Sequence record: CP044582.1
Length of the DNA stretch: 32,000 bases
Strand: one strand, 5' to 3'
Shown here: positions 22,999-32,000 of the stretch, piece after piece
Layout: every line of letters starts with the position of its first letter
How positions within the stretch are numbered: position 1 is the stretch's first letter
Translations under genes and position numbers: made by a program
The notes under the pieces: model-generated
Told to the model about the DNA's origin: nothing
Seen by the model: the letters and a program-made list of their open reading frames with translations, nothing else
Databases searched by the model: none

Positions 22999-23424
22999 GT
23001 GAGATTAACACAAGGTGCATTTTCGTACTTACCGGATTTAACAAACGAACAAATTTTAGGTCAACTTAAATTTATCTGTAGCAAAGGTTGGGCTTGTAGT
23101 ATCGAATGGACGGAAGATCCACATCCTCGTAACACATACTGGGAACTATGGGGGATGCCTTTATTCGATATTAAAGACGCTTCTGTAATTATGTATGAAT
23201 TAGATCAATGTCGCGCTGCACATCCAACAACATATATCAAAATTAATGCTTTTGATAATACTCGTGGGACTGAAAGTTGTGCATTATCTTTTATAGCGCA
23301 ACGTCCTTATGAAGAACCAGGTTTCTATCTAGAAAGACAAGAAACTGAAGGTCGTAACATCCGTTACACTATTCATAGTTATGTTGTTAACAAATATCCT
23401 CCTGGAGAACGTTACGTTTTATAA
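22999..23424 (+). CDS. rbcS: RuBisCO small subunit, red type; GTG start
   Basis: 141-aa ORF beginning (V/M)RLTQGAFSYLPDLTNEQI, the red-type RbcS N-terminus. The start codon is GTG at 22999, preceded by AAAGGAG at 22982..22988. Confidence 0.95.
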   Translation: MRLTQGAFSYLPDLTNEQILGQLKFICSKGWACSIEWTEDPHPRNTYWELWGMPLFDIKDASVIMYELDQCRAAHPTTYIKINAFDNTRGTESCALSFIAQRPYEEPGFYLERQETEGRNIRYTIHSYVVNKYPPGERYVL

Positions 23425-23432
23425 TTCTTAAA

Positions 23433-23477
23433 TAAGTAACAACTAGTTCATCAAATTGATGAACTAGTTGTTACTTA
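23433..23477 (+). terminator. 21-bp perfect stem-loop downstream of rbcS
   Basis: 23433..23453 taagtaacaactagttcatca pairs with 23457..23477. It starts 9 nt after the rbcS stop. Confidence 0.6.
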
Positions 23478-23742
23478 CTTTATTAGATCAATTTTTATAA
23501 TTTACTAGAATGTATACATACCGCGTTCACTTTATTTTTGAGTAAAATTAAATTCCATTTGAAATCGTTCGCTTATCTTTTTTACCTATCCATGAAGTTA
23601 GTTTGAGTATAATACTTAGACGCTCAGTTAAGTTGGATAGAGCAACAATACTATAAAATAGTATTTTTACACTTAATTTAGCAAGTATATAAAAAAGTCT
23701 AACCGTTTCATTTTTACTTAATTAAATTAGATCAAAAAAATT

Positions 23743-23779
23743 ATTACACATGAGTGATTTTTAATCACTCATGTGTAAT
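23743..23779 (-). terminator. 17-bp perfect stem-loop downstream of psbA
   Basis: attacacatgagtgatt (23743..23759) pairs with aatcactcatgtgtaat (23763..23779). It lies 10 nt beyond the psbA stop. Confidence 0.6.
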
Positions 23780-23788
23780 TAAATATTC

Positions 23789-25012
<1,224 letters not shown>

Positions 25013-25085
25013 TTAACTTTATTCTACGATATTTTAAAGAATCTTGTGGGTTAAATACTTATACTTTTGTTCTTAAATGAATAAT

Positions 25086-26441
<1,356 letters not shown>

Positions 26442-26456
26442 TCATTAAGACGTAAT

Positions 26457-27323
26457 TTAATTATTAAAAAGATCCATCTCCATATTGTCTAAATTTTGTT
26501 CTGTATCCGAGGGTTTTAAATAAAAATCAGATAAAAGAGTAAATAATTCACGATCAGCTGATTCTTTTGGAATTACACCTTCTGGTTGAGCTATAAGTTG
26601 ATCTGCAATATTTAAGTAATAATCACAAATGTACTCCAATGAGGGATCAATTATAGACATCTCAAAAAGCGTTTTACCTTTAATTCTTGAAACCCGTATA
26701 TCTTCAATTAGTGGCAAAACTTCAAGAACTGGGATTGGTACAGTTTGAATATATTTATCAATTAAATCACGTGTTGCAGTTCGATTACCTATTAAACCAG
26801 CTAATCTTAAACTGTGAGTCCTAGCTTTTTCGCGAACCGAAGCTGCAATTCTATTTGCGGCAAATAAGGCATCAAAGCCATTGTCTGTAACAATTAAACA
26901 GTAATCCGCATAATTCAATGGTGCTGCAAATCCACCGCAAACTACATCACCTAATACATCAAAAAGAATAACATCGTATTCATCAAATGCATTAAGCTCT
27001 TTTAAAAGTTTAACAGTTTCACCAACGACGTAACCACCACAACCAGCTCCAGCTGGCGGTCCACCAGCTTCAACACAATCTACACCATTAAATCCTCTAT
27101 AAATTACATCTTCAGGCCAAACATCCTCATAGTGGTAATCTTTGACTTGTAATGTATCAATAATTGTTGGAATTAAAAATCCTGTTAATGTAAAAGTGCT
27201 ATCATGCTTCGGATCACATCCAATTTGTAAAACTTTTTTACCTCTTTGTGCTAACGCTACTGAAATATTACAGCTTGTAGTAGATTTTCCAATACCACCT
27301 TTACCATAAACTGCTAATCGCAT
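26457..27323 (-). CDS. chlL: Light-independent protochlorophyllide reductase iron protein
   Basis: 288-aa ORF with the NifH-like P-loop [12 protein letters not shown] and cluster cysteines ([28 protein letters not shown]). GGAG (complement of 27330..27333) lies 6 nt upstream of the ATG. Confidence 0.97.
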   Translation of the reverse strand: MRLAVYGKGGIGKSTTSCNISVALAQRGKKVLQIGCDPKHDSTFTLTGFLIPTIIDTLQVKDYHYEDVWPEDVIYRGFNGVDCVEAGGPPAGAGCGGYVVGETVKLLKELNAFDEYDVILFDVLGDVVCGGFAAPLNYADYCLIVTDNGFDALFAANRIAASVREKARTHSLRLAGLIGNRTATRDLIDKYIQTVPIPVLEVLPLIEDIRVSRIKGKTLFEMSIIDPSLEYICDYYLNIADQLIAQPEGVIPKESADRELFTLLSDFYLKPSDTEQNLDNMEMDLFNN

Positions 27324-27523
27324 TTTTTTCTCCTAGAAGTAACCGCAAATTTATTTTTTATAAATTGCTCATAAAATACTATAATATAAGGTCTAGAGTG
27401 TCAGAGTTAAAAAATCAGACAACTAGTATTTAAATTCTGGGAGTAAAGAGTATCTTCTCAAAAACATTTGTTTATCTGTAACCCTTAAAATATCATGTTT
27501 AATTTTTTATACTCAGTACGTCT

Positions 27524-27596
27524 TAGGCCCAGTAGGATTCGAACCTACATTAGAAACTTAGAAGGTTTCTGTCCTAATCCCTTAGACGATGAGCCC
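27524..27596 (-). tRNA. trnR: tRNA-Arg (UCU)
   Basis: 73-nt hand-folded cloverleaf. Acceptor GGGCTCA/TGGGCCT (two G-U pairs), anticodon stem GAAAC/GTTTC, loop CTTCTAA (anticodon TCT), T-arm GTAGG-TTCGAAT-CCTAC. Confidence 0.88.
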
Positions 27597-27598
27597 TA

Positions 27599-27670
27599 TG
27601 GGCAGTACAGGATTTGAACCTGTGGCCTTCTGCTTGTAAGGCAGAAGCTCTACCGCTGAGCTAACTGCCC
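27599..27670 (-). tRNA. trnV: tRNA-Val (UAC)
   Basis: 72-nt cloverleaf. Acceptor GGGCAGT/ACTGCCC, D-arm GCTC-AGCGGTA-GAGC, anticodon stem TCTGC/GCAGA, loop CTTACAA (anticodon TAC), T-arm ACAGG-TTCAAAT-CCTGT. Confidence 0.92.
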
Positions 27671-27698
27671 TTTTGTTTATATATAGCACTTATTTACG

Positions 27699-27748
27699 TT
27701 TATCATAAGGCGCATTATTTCTATTTATTTAATATGCCTTATGATAAA
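27699..27748 (-). terminator. Stem-loop downstream of psbI and upstream of trnV
   Basis: 13-bp perfect stem tttatcataaggc (27699..27711) / gccttatgataaa (27736..27748) with a 24-nt loop. Confidence 0.4.
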
Positions 27749-27762
27749 TACCAAACTTTTAA

Positions 27763-27879
27763 TTAGTTATTAATATTCTGTGTAGGGTTACGTGACGGGT
27801 CATTTGAAATAAATCCAAACCAAAATAGATAAACGAAAAAGCTAACAACTGTGTAAACTGCTATTTTTAGTACTAACAT
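27763..27879 (-). CDS. psbI: Photosystem II reaction-centre protein I
   Basis: Not in the ORF track. Hand translation gives [38 protein letters not shown] (38 aa), matching the PsbI consensus MLTLK.FVYTVV.FF.SLF.FGFLSNDP.RNP. Confidence 0.85.
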   Translation of the reverse strand: MLVLKIAVYTVVSFFVYLFWFGFISNDPSRNPTQNINN

Positions 27880-28015
27880 ATATACCTCTTTAGTTAAAAG
27901 ATTATAAACTGGTTTAGGTTAACCAAACAATACTTTTGAAATGTTCTATTAGATATTTTAATAGAAAAAAGTTAAATCAAAAGAATCAACCTATATTTTT
28001 AATAAAAATATTGAG

Positions 28016-28102
28016 AAGAGAGAGTGGGATTCGAACCCACGGAACCATTCCTAGTTCTTCTGATTTCAAGTCAGACGCAATCGACCACTCTGCCATCTCT
28101 CC
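28016..28102 (-). tRNA. trnS: tRNA-Ser (UGA)
   Basis: 87-nt class II tRNA. Acceptor GGAGAGA/TCTCTCT, anticodon stem TCTGA/TCAGA, loop CTTGAAA (anticodon TGA), a long variable arm, T-arm GTGGG-TTCGAAT-CCCAC. Confidence 0.9.
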
Positions 28103-28176
28103 TAAGATCATACCCTTCAAGTAAAAGTAAAAGGATATGAATTAAGATGTATTTTAATACTATCTAGAAATAAATT

Positions 28177-28587
28177 CTAGGTATTTGATTGAAACTTTAA
28201 AGAAGCTGGGTTTGGGTTTCCACCAATTGAAGCATCACGTTTACCAACTGGAGAACGACCTTGGTTTACTTTCTCGGGGAAAACTCCATCAAAAGGATGT
28301 AGTAAAGTAATATCCAATGGTGGATAGATACGAAAAATTTTATAATTTGTGATCTTAAAACCACGTAATTGAGATCCTAGTGCTAAACATTGCTCTTTAC
28401 GTGCAAAGTAAGCCACGTTATTTCCAGCATTCATTTTTGCTGTTCCACCCGTAGGCATTTCAAATAAAGAAGCATCTTTACTAGTCCAAATAATTACGTA
28501 TTTTTCTTCATTTTTAGCAGCACTAAGCCAACCACCTGTCGATCCTTCAAATTTTGGAAAGTCACTTTGCTTTAATTTAAGATTCAT
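28177..28587 (-). CDS. psaD: Photosystem I subunit II (PsaD)
   Basis: 136-aa ORF with [51 protein letters not shown] and [13 protein letters not shown], all typical PsaD motifs. Confidence 0.9.
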
Positions 28588-28670
28588 GGCATCTTCATCC
28601 CTTTGTTGTCAAATTTTGGTTGACTAGTCAAATTAAGACTGTTTAATCAAAAGGCATAGACGGCTGTTTA

Positions 28671-28744
28671 TAGCGGAGAGTGGACTTGAACCACTGACCT
28701 TCGGATTATGAGCCCAACGAGCTACCAATCTGCTCTACCCCGCC
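28671..28744 (-). tRNA. trnfM: tRNA-Met (CAU), initiator-like
   Basis: 74 nt: GGCGGGGTAGAGCAGATTGGTAGCTCGTTGGGCTCATAATCCGAAGGTCAGTGGTTCAAGTCCACTCTCCGCTA. Closely resembles the bacterial/plastid initiator (CGCGGGGTAGAGCAG...GGGCTCATAACCC). The 1-72 position is a G-T non-Watson-Crick pair. Confidence 0.85.
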
Positions 28745-28784
28745 ATTACCTAATATCTAGAATACACGATTTATAAAAAAAGTG

Positions 28785-29294
28785 TTAATAGATGAATAAA
28801 AACAATAGTGCAATCAGAAAAATAATTCCTAGAACTAGAAATTGAAGGGTTTTAGTAAGACGGGCTATTAAAGGAACCAATTGATAATGATAGAGCAATC
28901 GTTCATGACGAAGAATACTAGGTGGCTTTATCCAAATACGTCCGTCATACCACCCTGATTCTTCATACCAAACTTTCGCTGCAACTAATCGTTTTCCAGC
29001 ATATAACCAAGTGATTAAAAAATAGCTATAAATAAGACTTTGAAAAATTAAAGTAACCAAAAGATTTACTAAAATTGCTTGAGAGGGGTAGTATAAAAGT
29101 GAAATAAACCAAGATGTAAAAGGTAAAGTTATACAGAATATCACTAAGAGACTTAAAAAGAACCTTCGGGCATAATTCGATTCATTTAATCCTACCCAAC
29201 CTAAAATAGTTGAATCTTTTCGTTTTATATATTCGTAAAATGGCCTTTGATCTCTAGGAACAGGACATAATACGAACCAATCCATTTTATTCAT
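28785..29294 (-). CDS. ycf36: Conserved plastid membrane protein Ycf36 (DUF1230)
   Basis: 169-aa ORF with CPVPRDQRPFYEYIKRKDS near the N-terminus (Ycf36 signature CPVP.EQ.P..EY), two hydrophobic segments and a YEESGWYDG motif. Confidence 0.7.
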   Translation of the reverse strand: MNKMDWFVLCPVPRDQRPFYEYIKRKDSTILGWVGLNESNYARRFFLSLLVIFCITLPFTSWFISLLYYPSQAILVNLLVTLIFQSLIYSYFLITWLYAGKRLVAAKVWYEESGWYDGRIWIKPPSILRHERLLYHYQLVPLIARLTKTLQFLVLGIIFLIALLFLFIY

Positions 29295-29336
29295 AAAAAC
29301 TTTATCGCTTAAAAGAAAATGTTCATAATCTACAAG

Positions 29337-29519
29337 TTATCTACATTTAAATGCAAACAATGTAACTATTAAACTGACAACTAATACAATTATCGTTTTA
29401 TCTAAACTTTGATTTCTTGCTTTTTCAAATCCAGGTAATCGTGCTGGATTACGAGAAATTACTAATATAGCTAGCAGTAAAACTTGAGATAAAAATATTA
29501 CGTTTAATAAAATACTCAT
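29337..29519 (-). CDS. 60-aa two-helix membrane ORF, unassigned; possibly plastid SecG (ycf47)
   Basis: The ORF has an N-terminal hydrophobic helix ending in RNP, a short polar loop, and a second helix after LDKT. The layout and length resemble the plastid SecG as I recall it, but the similarity is weak. Confidence 0.35.
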   Translation of the reverse strand: MSILLNVIFLSQVLLLAILVISRNPARLPGFEKARNQSLDKTIIVLVVSLIVTLFAFKCR

Positions 29520-29536
29520 AAAAAGAAAAGAATTTC

Positions 29537-29562
29537 ATTCTCCTTTTTTAAGAAAGGAGAAT
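29537..29562 (-). terminator. 10-bp stem-loop downstream of petM
   Basis: attctccttt (29537..29546) pairs with aaaggagaat (29553..29562). It lies about 10 nt beyond the petM stop. Confidence 0.4.
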
Positions 29563-29572
29563 AAAAATTTAG

Positions 29573-29668
29573 TTATTTAGCTTGTACTCTTAAAAGTAAA
29601 AAACCAAGCGAAAGACCAATAATTGTTATTCCAAAAGCAATTCCACCGACAGTTAATATTTCTTGCAT
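29573..29668 (-). CDS. petM: Cytochrome b6f subunit PetM (ycf31)
   Basis: Not in the ORF track. Hand translation gives MQEILTVGGIAFGITIIGLSLGFLLLRVQAK (31 aa), a single helix ending in the GL.LGF.LL+.Q pattern typical of PetM. Confidence 0.65.
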   Translation of the reverse strand: MQEILTVGGIAFGITIIGLSLGFLLLRVQAK

Positions 29669-29691
29669 AAATTAATTTCAAATTCAAAAAA

Positions 29692-29781
29692 TTAAAAACC
29701 GTTTCTACCCCATACCACCATTGCTAGTGAAAAACTAAATACAACTAGCACCATTGACCAACCTAGAGCAATAACGTCCAT
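29692..29781 (-). CDS. petN: Cytochrome b6f subunit PetN (ycf6)
   Basis: Not in the ORF track. Hand translation gives [29 protein letters not shown] (29 aa), matching the PetN consensus MDI..L.W..L...F.FSL.LVVWGR.G. Confidence 0.85.
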   Translation of the reverse strand: MDVIALGWSMVLVVFSFSLAMVVWGRNGF

Positions 29782-29871
29782 AAGGTTATCCTTTTTGACT
29801 GTCTTTGGGTTTTTAATTTTATAAGAAATACTTTAGATTAATAAAACAATTAATTGTTTTATATTTTAAGT

Positions 29872-30126
29872 TTAATTAATTTTATTGATATTCTCAATAA
29901 CACCAGATTTAACTAAAAAATTTCTAACTGTTAATGTAGGTTGAGCACCTTGTGATAAGCGAAGTTTAATTCTATCTTGATTATAAACAAGTTCGTTACT
30001 CATAGGATTATAATAACCTAATTCTTCAATAGCTCGACCATCTCGTCTGGCCTGACTTTTTACTAAAACAATTCTATAACTTGGTAATTTTTTTCTACCA
30101 CATCTTTTTAGTCTAATTTTTAACAT
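29872..30126 (-). CDS. rps16: 30S ribosomal protein S16
   Basis: 84-aa ORF beginning MLKIRLKRCGRKKLPSYRIV, with ARRDGRAIEELGYYNP, the canonical S16 sequence. Confidence 0.9.
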   Translation of the reverse strand: MLKIRLKRCGRKKLPSYRIVLVKSQARRDGRAIEELGYYNPMSNELVYNQDRIKLRLSQGAQPTLTVRNFLVKSGVIENINKIN

Positions 30127-30175
30127 TTTTTGATTTTAATCCTTTGTTTTCTTTAATTTTTAATAAAAGATTTTC

Positions 30176-30781
30176 TTAAATAGGTAATATCTTTTCACCA
30201 AATATAGCCAAAACTAGTATATCTATAATCTCAAGGCAAACAACTCTTCCTTTTACATCCACACAATAAGTTGTTAATATTCTATAAAAGCGTGAAATAA
30301 AAGATTTTATTTGTTCAATTAAAAGCCAAGCAAAAATTGCAGATAATCCTTTCGGTAAGATTTCTTCAGACGCTTTAAAATATGGTTCCGATAAGTTAAA
30401 TATGATTTGTTCAAATATACCACCTTCGGTTAAATTTATGCTAGGGTACCACTCCATTACAAATCGTAGCGATAAAATAACTTCATAAAAAACCATAAAA
30501 TGGTGCAAGATTAATAACCAAAATCGTCCAGACATAAATAAAAGTGTACTTGGACCCTTTAATAAAGAAGTAAAAATATTTAGTGAACTGATAAGAATTA
30601 AAAATAACCTTGATGTTACTTTATTTAAAGGAAAGAGTAAATTAAGTAAAGATAAAATCTTGCGATTACCAGTTATAAGTGTTTTTATTACTAACGTGTA
30701 ATAAGGAAAATAATCTTTATAAGAAACAGCAAAACAATAAAGCTTTATTAAGCGATTTTCTATAATAGGAAGGGTTTGCAT
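30176..30781 (-). CDS. ycf19: YggT-family membrane protein (ycf19-like) with a long N-terminal extension
   Basis: 201-aa ORF. The C-terminal half carries a YggT-like pattern (VILSLRFVMEWYPSINLTEGGIFEQIIFNLSEPYFKASEEILPK.GLSAIFAWLLIEQI). An internal Met at 30535 (MSGRFW...) would give a more typical 119-aa product. Confidence 0.55.
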   Translation of the reverse strand: MQTLPIIENRLIKLYCFAVSYKDYFPYYTLVIKTLITGNRKILSLLNLLFPLNKVTSRLFLILISSLNIFTSLLKGPSTLLFMSGRFWLLILHHFMVFYEVILSLRFVMEWYPSINLTEGGIFEQIIFNLSEPYFKASEEILPKGLSAIFAWLLIEQIKSFISRFYRILTTYCVDVKGRVVCLEIIDILVLAIFGEKILPI

Positions 30782-30962
30782 CGTATATACGTGAATATAA
30801 AAAGCATTAAAAGATGAAGTATCTTAACTTTGAAATTTAATAGCTTCTATTTAAAATAGTCTCAACAAATAAATATAATTAAATTCAGTTTTTCAAAAAT
30901 TATATATAATTGTACCAAATTTTAGCAACTAAAAGAATTTAAAACAATAGATAAACTAAGAG

Positions 30963-31036
30963 GGTGAACGACGGGATTTGAACCCGCGCATGACGGAACC
31001 ACAACCCATTGCCTTAACCACTTGGCTACGCCCACC
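30963..31036 (-). tRNA. trnH: tRNA-His (GUG) with encoded G-1
   Basis: GGTGGGCGTAGCCAAGTGGTTAAGGCAATGGGTTGTGGTTCCGTCATGCGCGGGTTCAAATCCCGTCGTTCACCC. Anticodon loop TTGTGGT (anticodon GTG). The extra 5-prime G pairs with C73, as in plastid trnH. Confidence 0.9.
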
Positions 31037-31084
31037 ATTCATATAATTTTATTATTTCAAAGACTTTAAAAGTTAATCTATATA

Positions 31085-31112
31085 TTGACGGTTACACTAT
31101 TTTCATTATACT
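31085..31112 (+). promoter_or_regulatory. Candidate sigma70-type promoter for rps4
   Basis: TTGACG (31085..31090), a 16-nt spacer, then TATACT (31107..31112), about 40 nt upstream of the rps4 ATG. GGAG at 31138..31141 lies 11 nt before the ATG. Confidence 0.35.
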
Positions 31113-31152
31113 TTTCTTAATATTTCTAACAAAACATGGAGTAATTTTAATT

Positions 31153-31780
31153 ATGTCTCGATACCGAGGACCCCGTTTAAGACTTCAAAGAAGATTAGGT
31201 GTTCAATTAAGTCATTTAACTCGAAAACGTGTACGCAATAAAAAGCGTCAGAATACATTACCGGGCCAACATGGTTATAGTCGTAAAAAAAATTCGTCGT
31301 TCAGAATATAGAATGCGATTAGAAGAAAAACAAAAGCTTAGATTTAATTATTGTATTACAGAAGCTCAGTTATTCAGATATGTAAAAGAAGCTAGAAGAA
31401 TTAAAGGTTCAACAGGACTTATTATTCTTCAACTTTTAGAAATGCGGCTAGATACAATTGTATTTAGGTTAAATCTTAGCCCAACGATTCTTTCAGCTCG
31501 TCAGTTAGTTTCACATGGTCACGTTAAAGTTAATAATCATGTAGTTACAATTGCTAGTTTCCAATGTCAACCTGGTGATAGCATTCAACTTTCAGACAAA
31601 AAATCAATAAGAGAAATTGTTGAAGAAAATGCAAGCTCAAAAAGAAGAACGTACCTTCCTTATCATTTAGCAGGATCTTTGAAACAACTTAAAGGTGGAG
31701 TAAAAAAAGTTGTTGATCGTAAAGATATTAGACTGCCAGTAAATGAATTACTAGTAGTGGAATACTATTCAAGACGTTAA
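31153..31780 (+). CDS. rps4: 30S ribosomal protein S4, reading frame interrupted by a +1 shift inside an A8 run
   Basis: From ATG 31153 the sequence reads MSRYRGPRLRLQRRLGVQLSHLTRKRVRNKKRQNTLPGQHGYSRKK, then stops at TAG 31309..31311. The +1 frame continues ...KKIRRSEYRMRLEEKQKLRFNY...SARQLVSHGHVKVNN... to the stop at 31778..31780. Both halves are recognisable S4 sequence. Confidence 0.85.
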
Positions 31781-31784
31781 AATT

Positions 31785-31846
31785 TCTTTTAAAATGAAAC
31801 CAAAAATCAGTTTCAAAAAGTTGATCTTTGGTTTCATTTTAAAAGA
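31785..31846. terminator. 20-bp perfect stem-loop downstream of rps4 (convergent junction)
   Basis: 31785..31804 tcttttaaaatgaaaccaaa is the exact reverse complement of 31827..31846. The loop contains a second short stem, atca/tgat. Confidence 0.55.
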
Positions 31847-32000
31847 TTATTTTGATCTAAATAAATTTTTAAGCTCTTAGACTCAGGTTTTGATGTTAAC
31901 AAAAAAACAGCCTGCAAAATAAAAGGTTTTCCTTTTACCCAAATAATTCTTATATCTTTTGTTGTATACTTCCAATTAAAATTTAAAAATAAGATTGCTT
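31834..32000 (-). CDS. Possible 3-prime end of an unidentified minus-strand gene entering from the right edge
   Basis: Hand translation of the minus frame starting at 31998 gives 54 stop-free codons (AILFLNFNWKYTTKDIRIIWVKGKPFILQAVFLLTSKPESKSLKIYLDQNNLLK), ending at TGA (complement of 31834..31836). A run this long without a stop is uncommon in such AT-rich DNA. No family recognised. Confidence 0.2.
   Translation of the reverse strand, partial: AILFLNFNWKYTTKDIRIIWVKGKPFILQAVFLLTSKPESKSLKIYLDQNNLLK

Noticed and set aside
27324-27523. Possible chlL promoter (TTAACT-16-TATATT in the minus sense) in the trnR-chlL spacer
   Set aside because: The -35 match is weak and the surrounding sequence is so AT-rich that similar hexamers are frequent. 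Co-transcription with the upstream tRNAs is equally plausible.
27936-28124. 62-aa plus-strand ORF
   Set aside because: Its C-terminal half is the reverse complement of trnS(UGA), so the locus is explained by the tRNA.

Overview
This window is a contiguous piece of an AT-rich plastid genome of the red-algal lineage, either a rhodophyte or a red-derived secondary plastid such as an ochrophyte. I cannot name the species from the sequence alone. The assignment rests on form ID RuBisCO (rbcL plus rbcS) and on plastid-encoded atpD-slot, atpG, tatC, thiS, rpl33, rps20, ycf3, ycf36, ycf19-like, petM, petN and psaD genes. It also rests on light-independent protochlorophyllide reductase genes (chlL, chlN) and six plastid-type tRNAs. 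Positions 291..15752 form one minus-strand block: rps20, rpoB-rpoC1-rpoC2, rps2, atpI-H-G-F-(D)-A. A plus-strand block follows (rpl33, rps18, ycf3, atpB-atpE, tatC, petA), then thiS (minus), rbcL-rbcS (plus) and psbA (minus). A mostly minus-strand run comes next: psbI, trnV, trnR, chlL-chlN, trnS, psaD, trnfM, ycf36, a 60-aa ORF, petM, petN, rps16, ycf19-like and trnH. rps4 (plus) closes the window. I hand-translated three small genes missing from the ORF track (psbI, petM, petN) and a 12-codon psb30/ycf12 start at the left edge. I see no transposase, integrase, CRISPR array, defence genes or obviously foreign DNA, and no convincing novel multi-gene system. The points worth a second look are listed here. 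(1) rps4 is split between two frames at an A8 homopolymer. (2) The ORF in the atpD slot is very divergent and enlarged, while neighbouring atp genes are conserved. (3) The YggT/ycf19-like ORF is about twice the usual length. (4) Several unusually long perfect inverted repeats sit at gene 3-prime ends and convergent junctions. (5) A tRNA-like remnant lies in the long rbcS-psbA spacer. (6) A 60-aa two-helix ORF and a partial ORF at the right edge remain unassigned. All homology calls come from my recall of conserved motifs, not from database searches.
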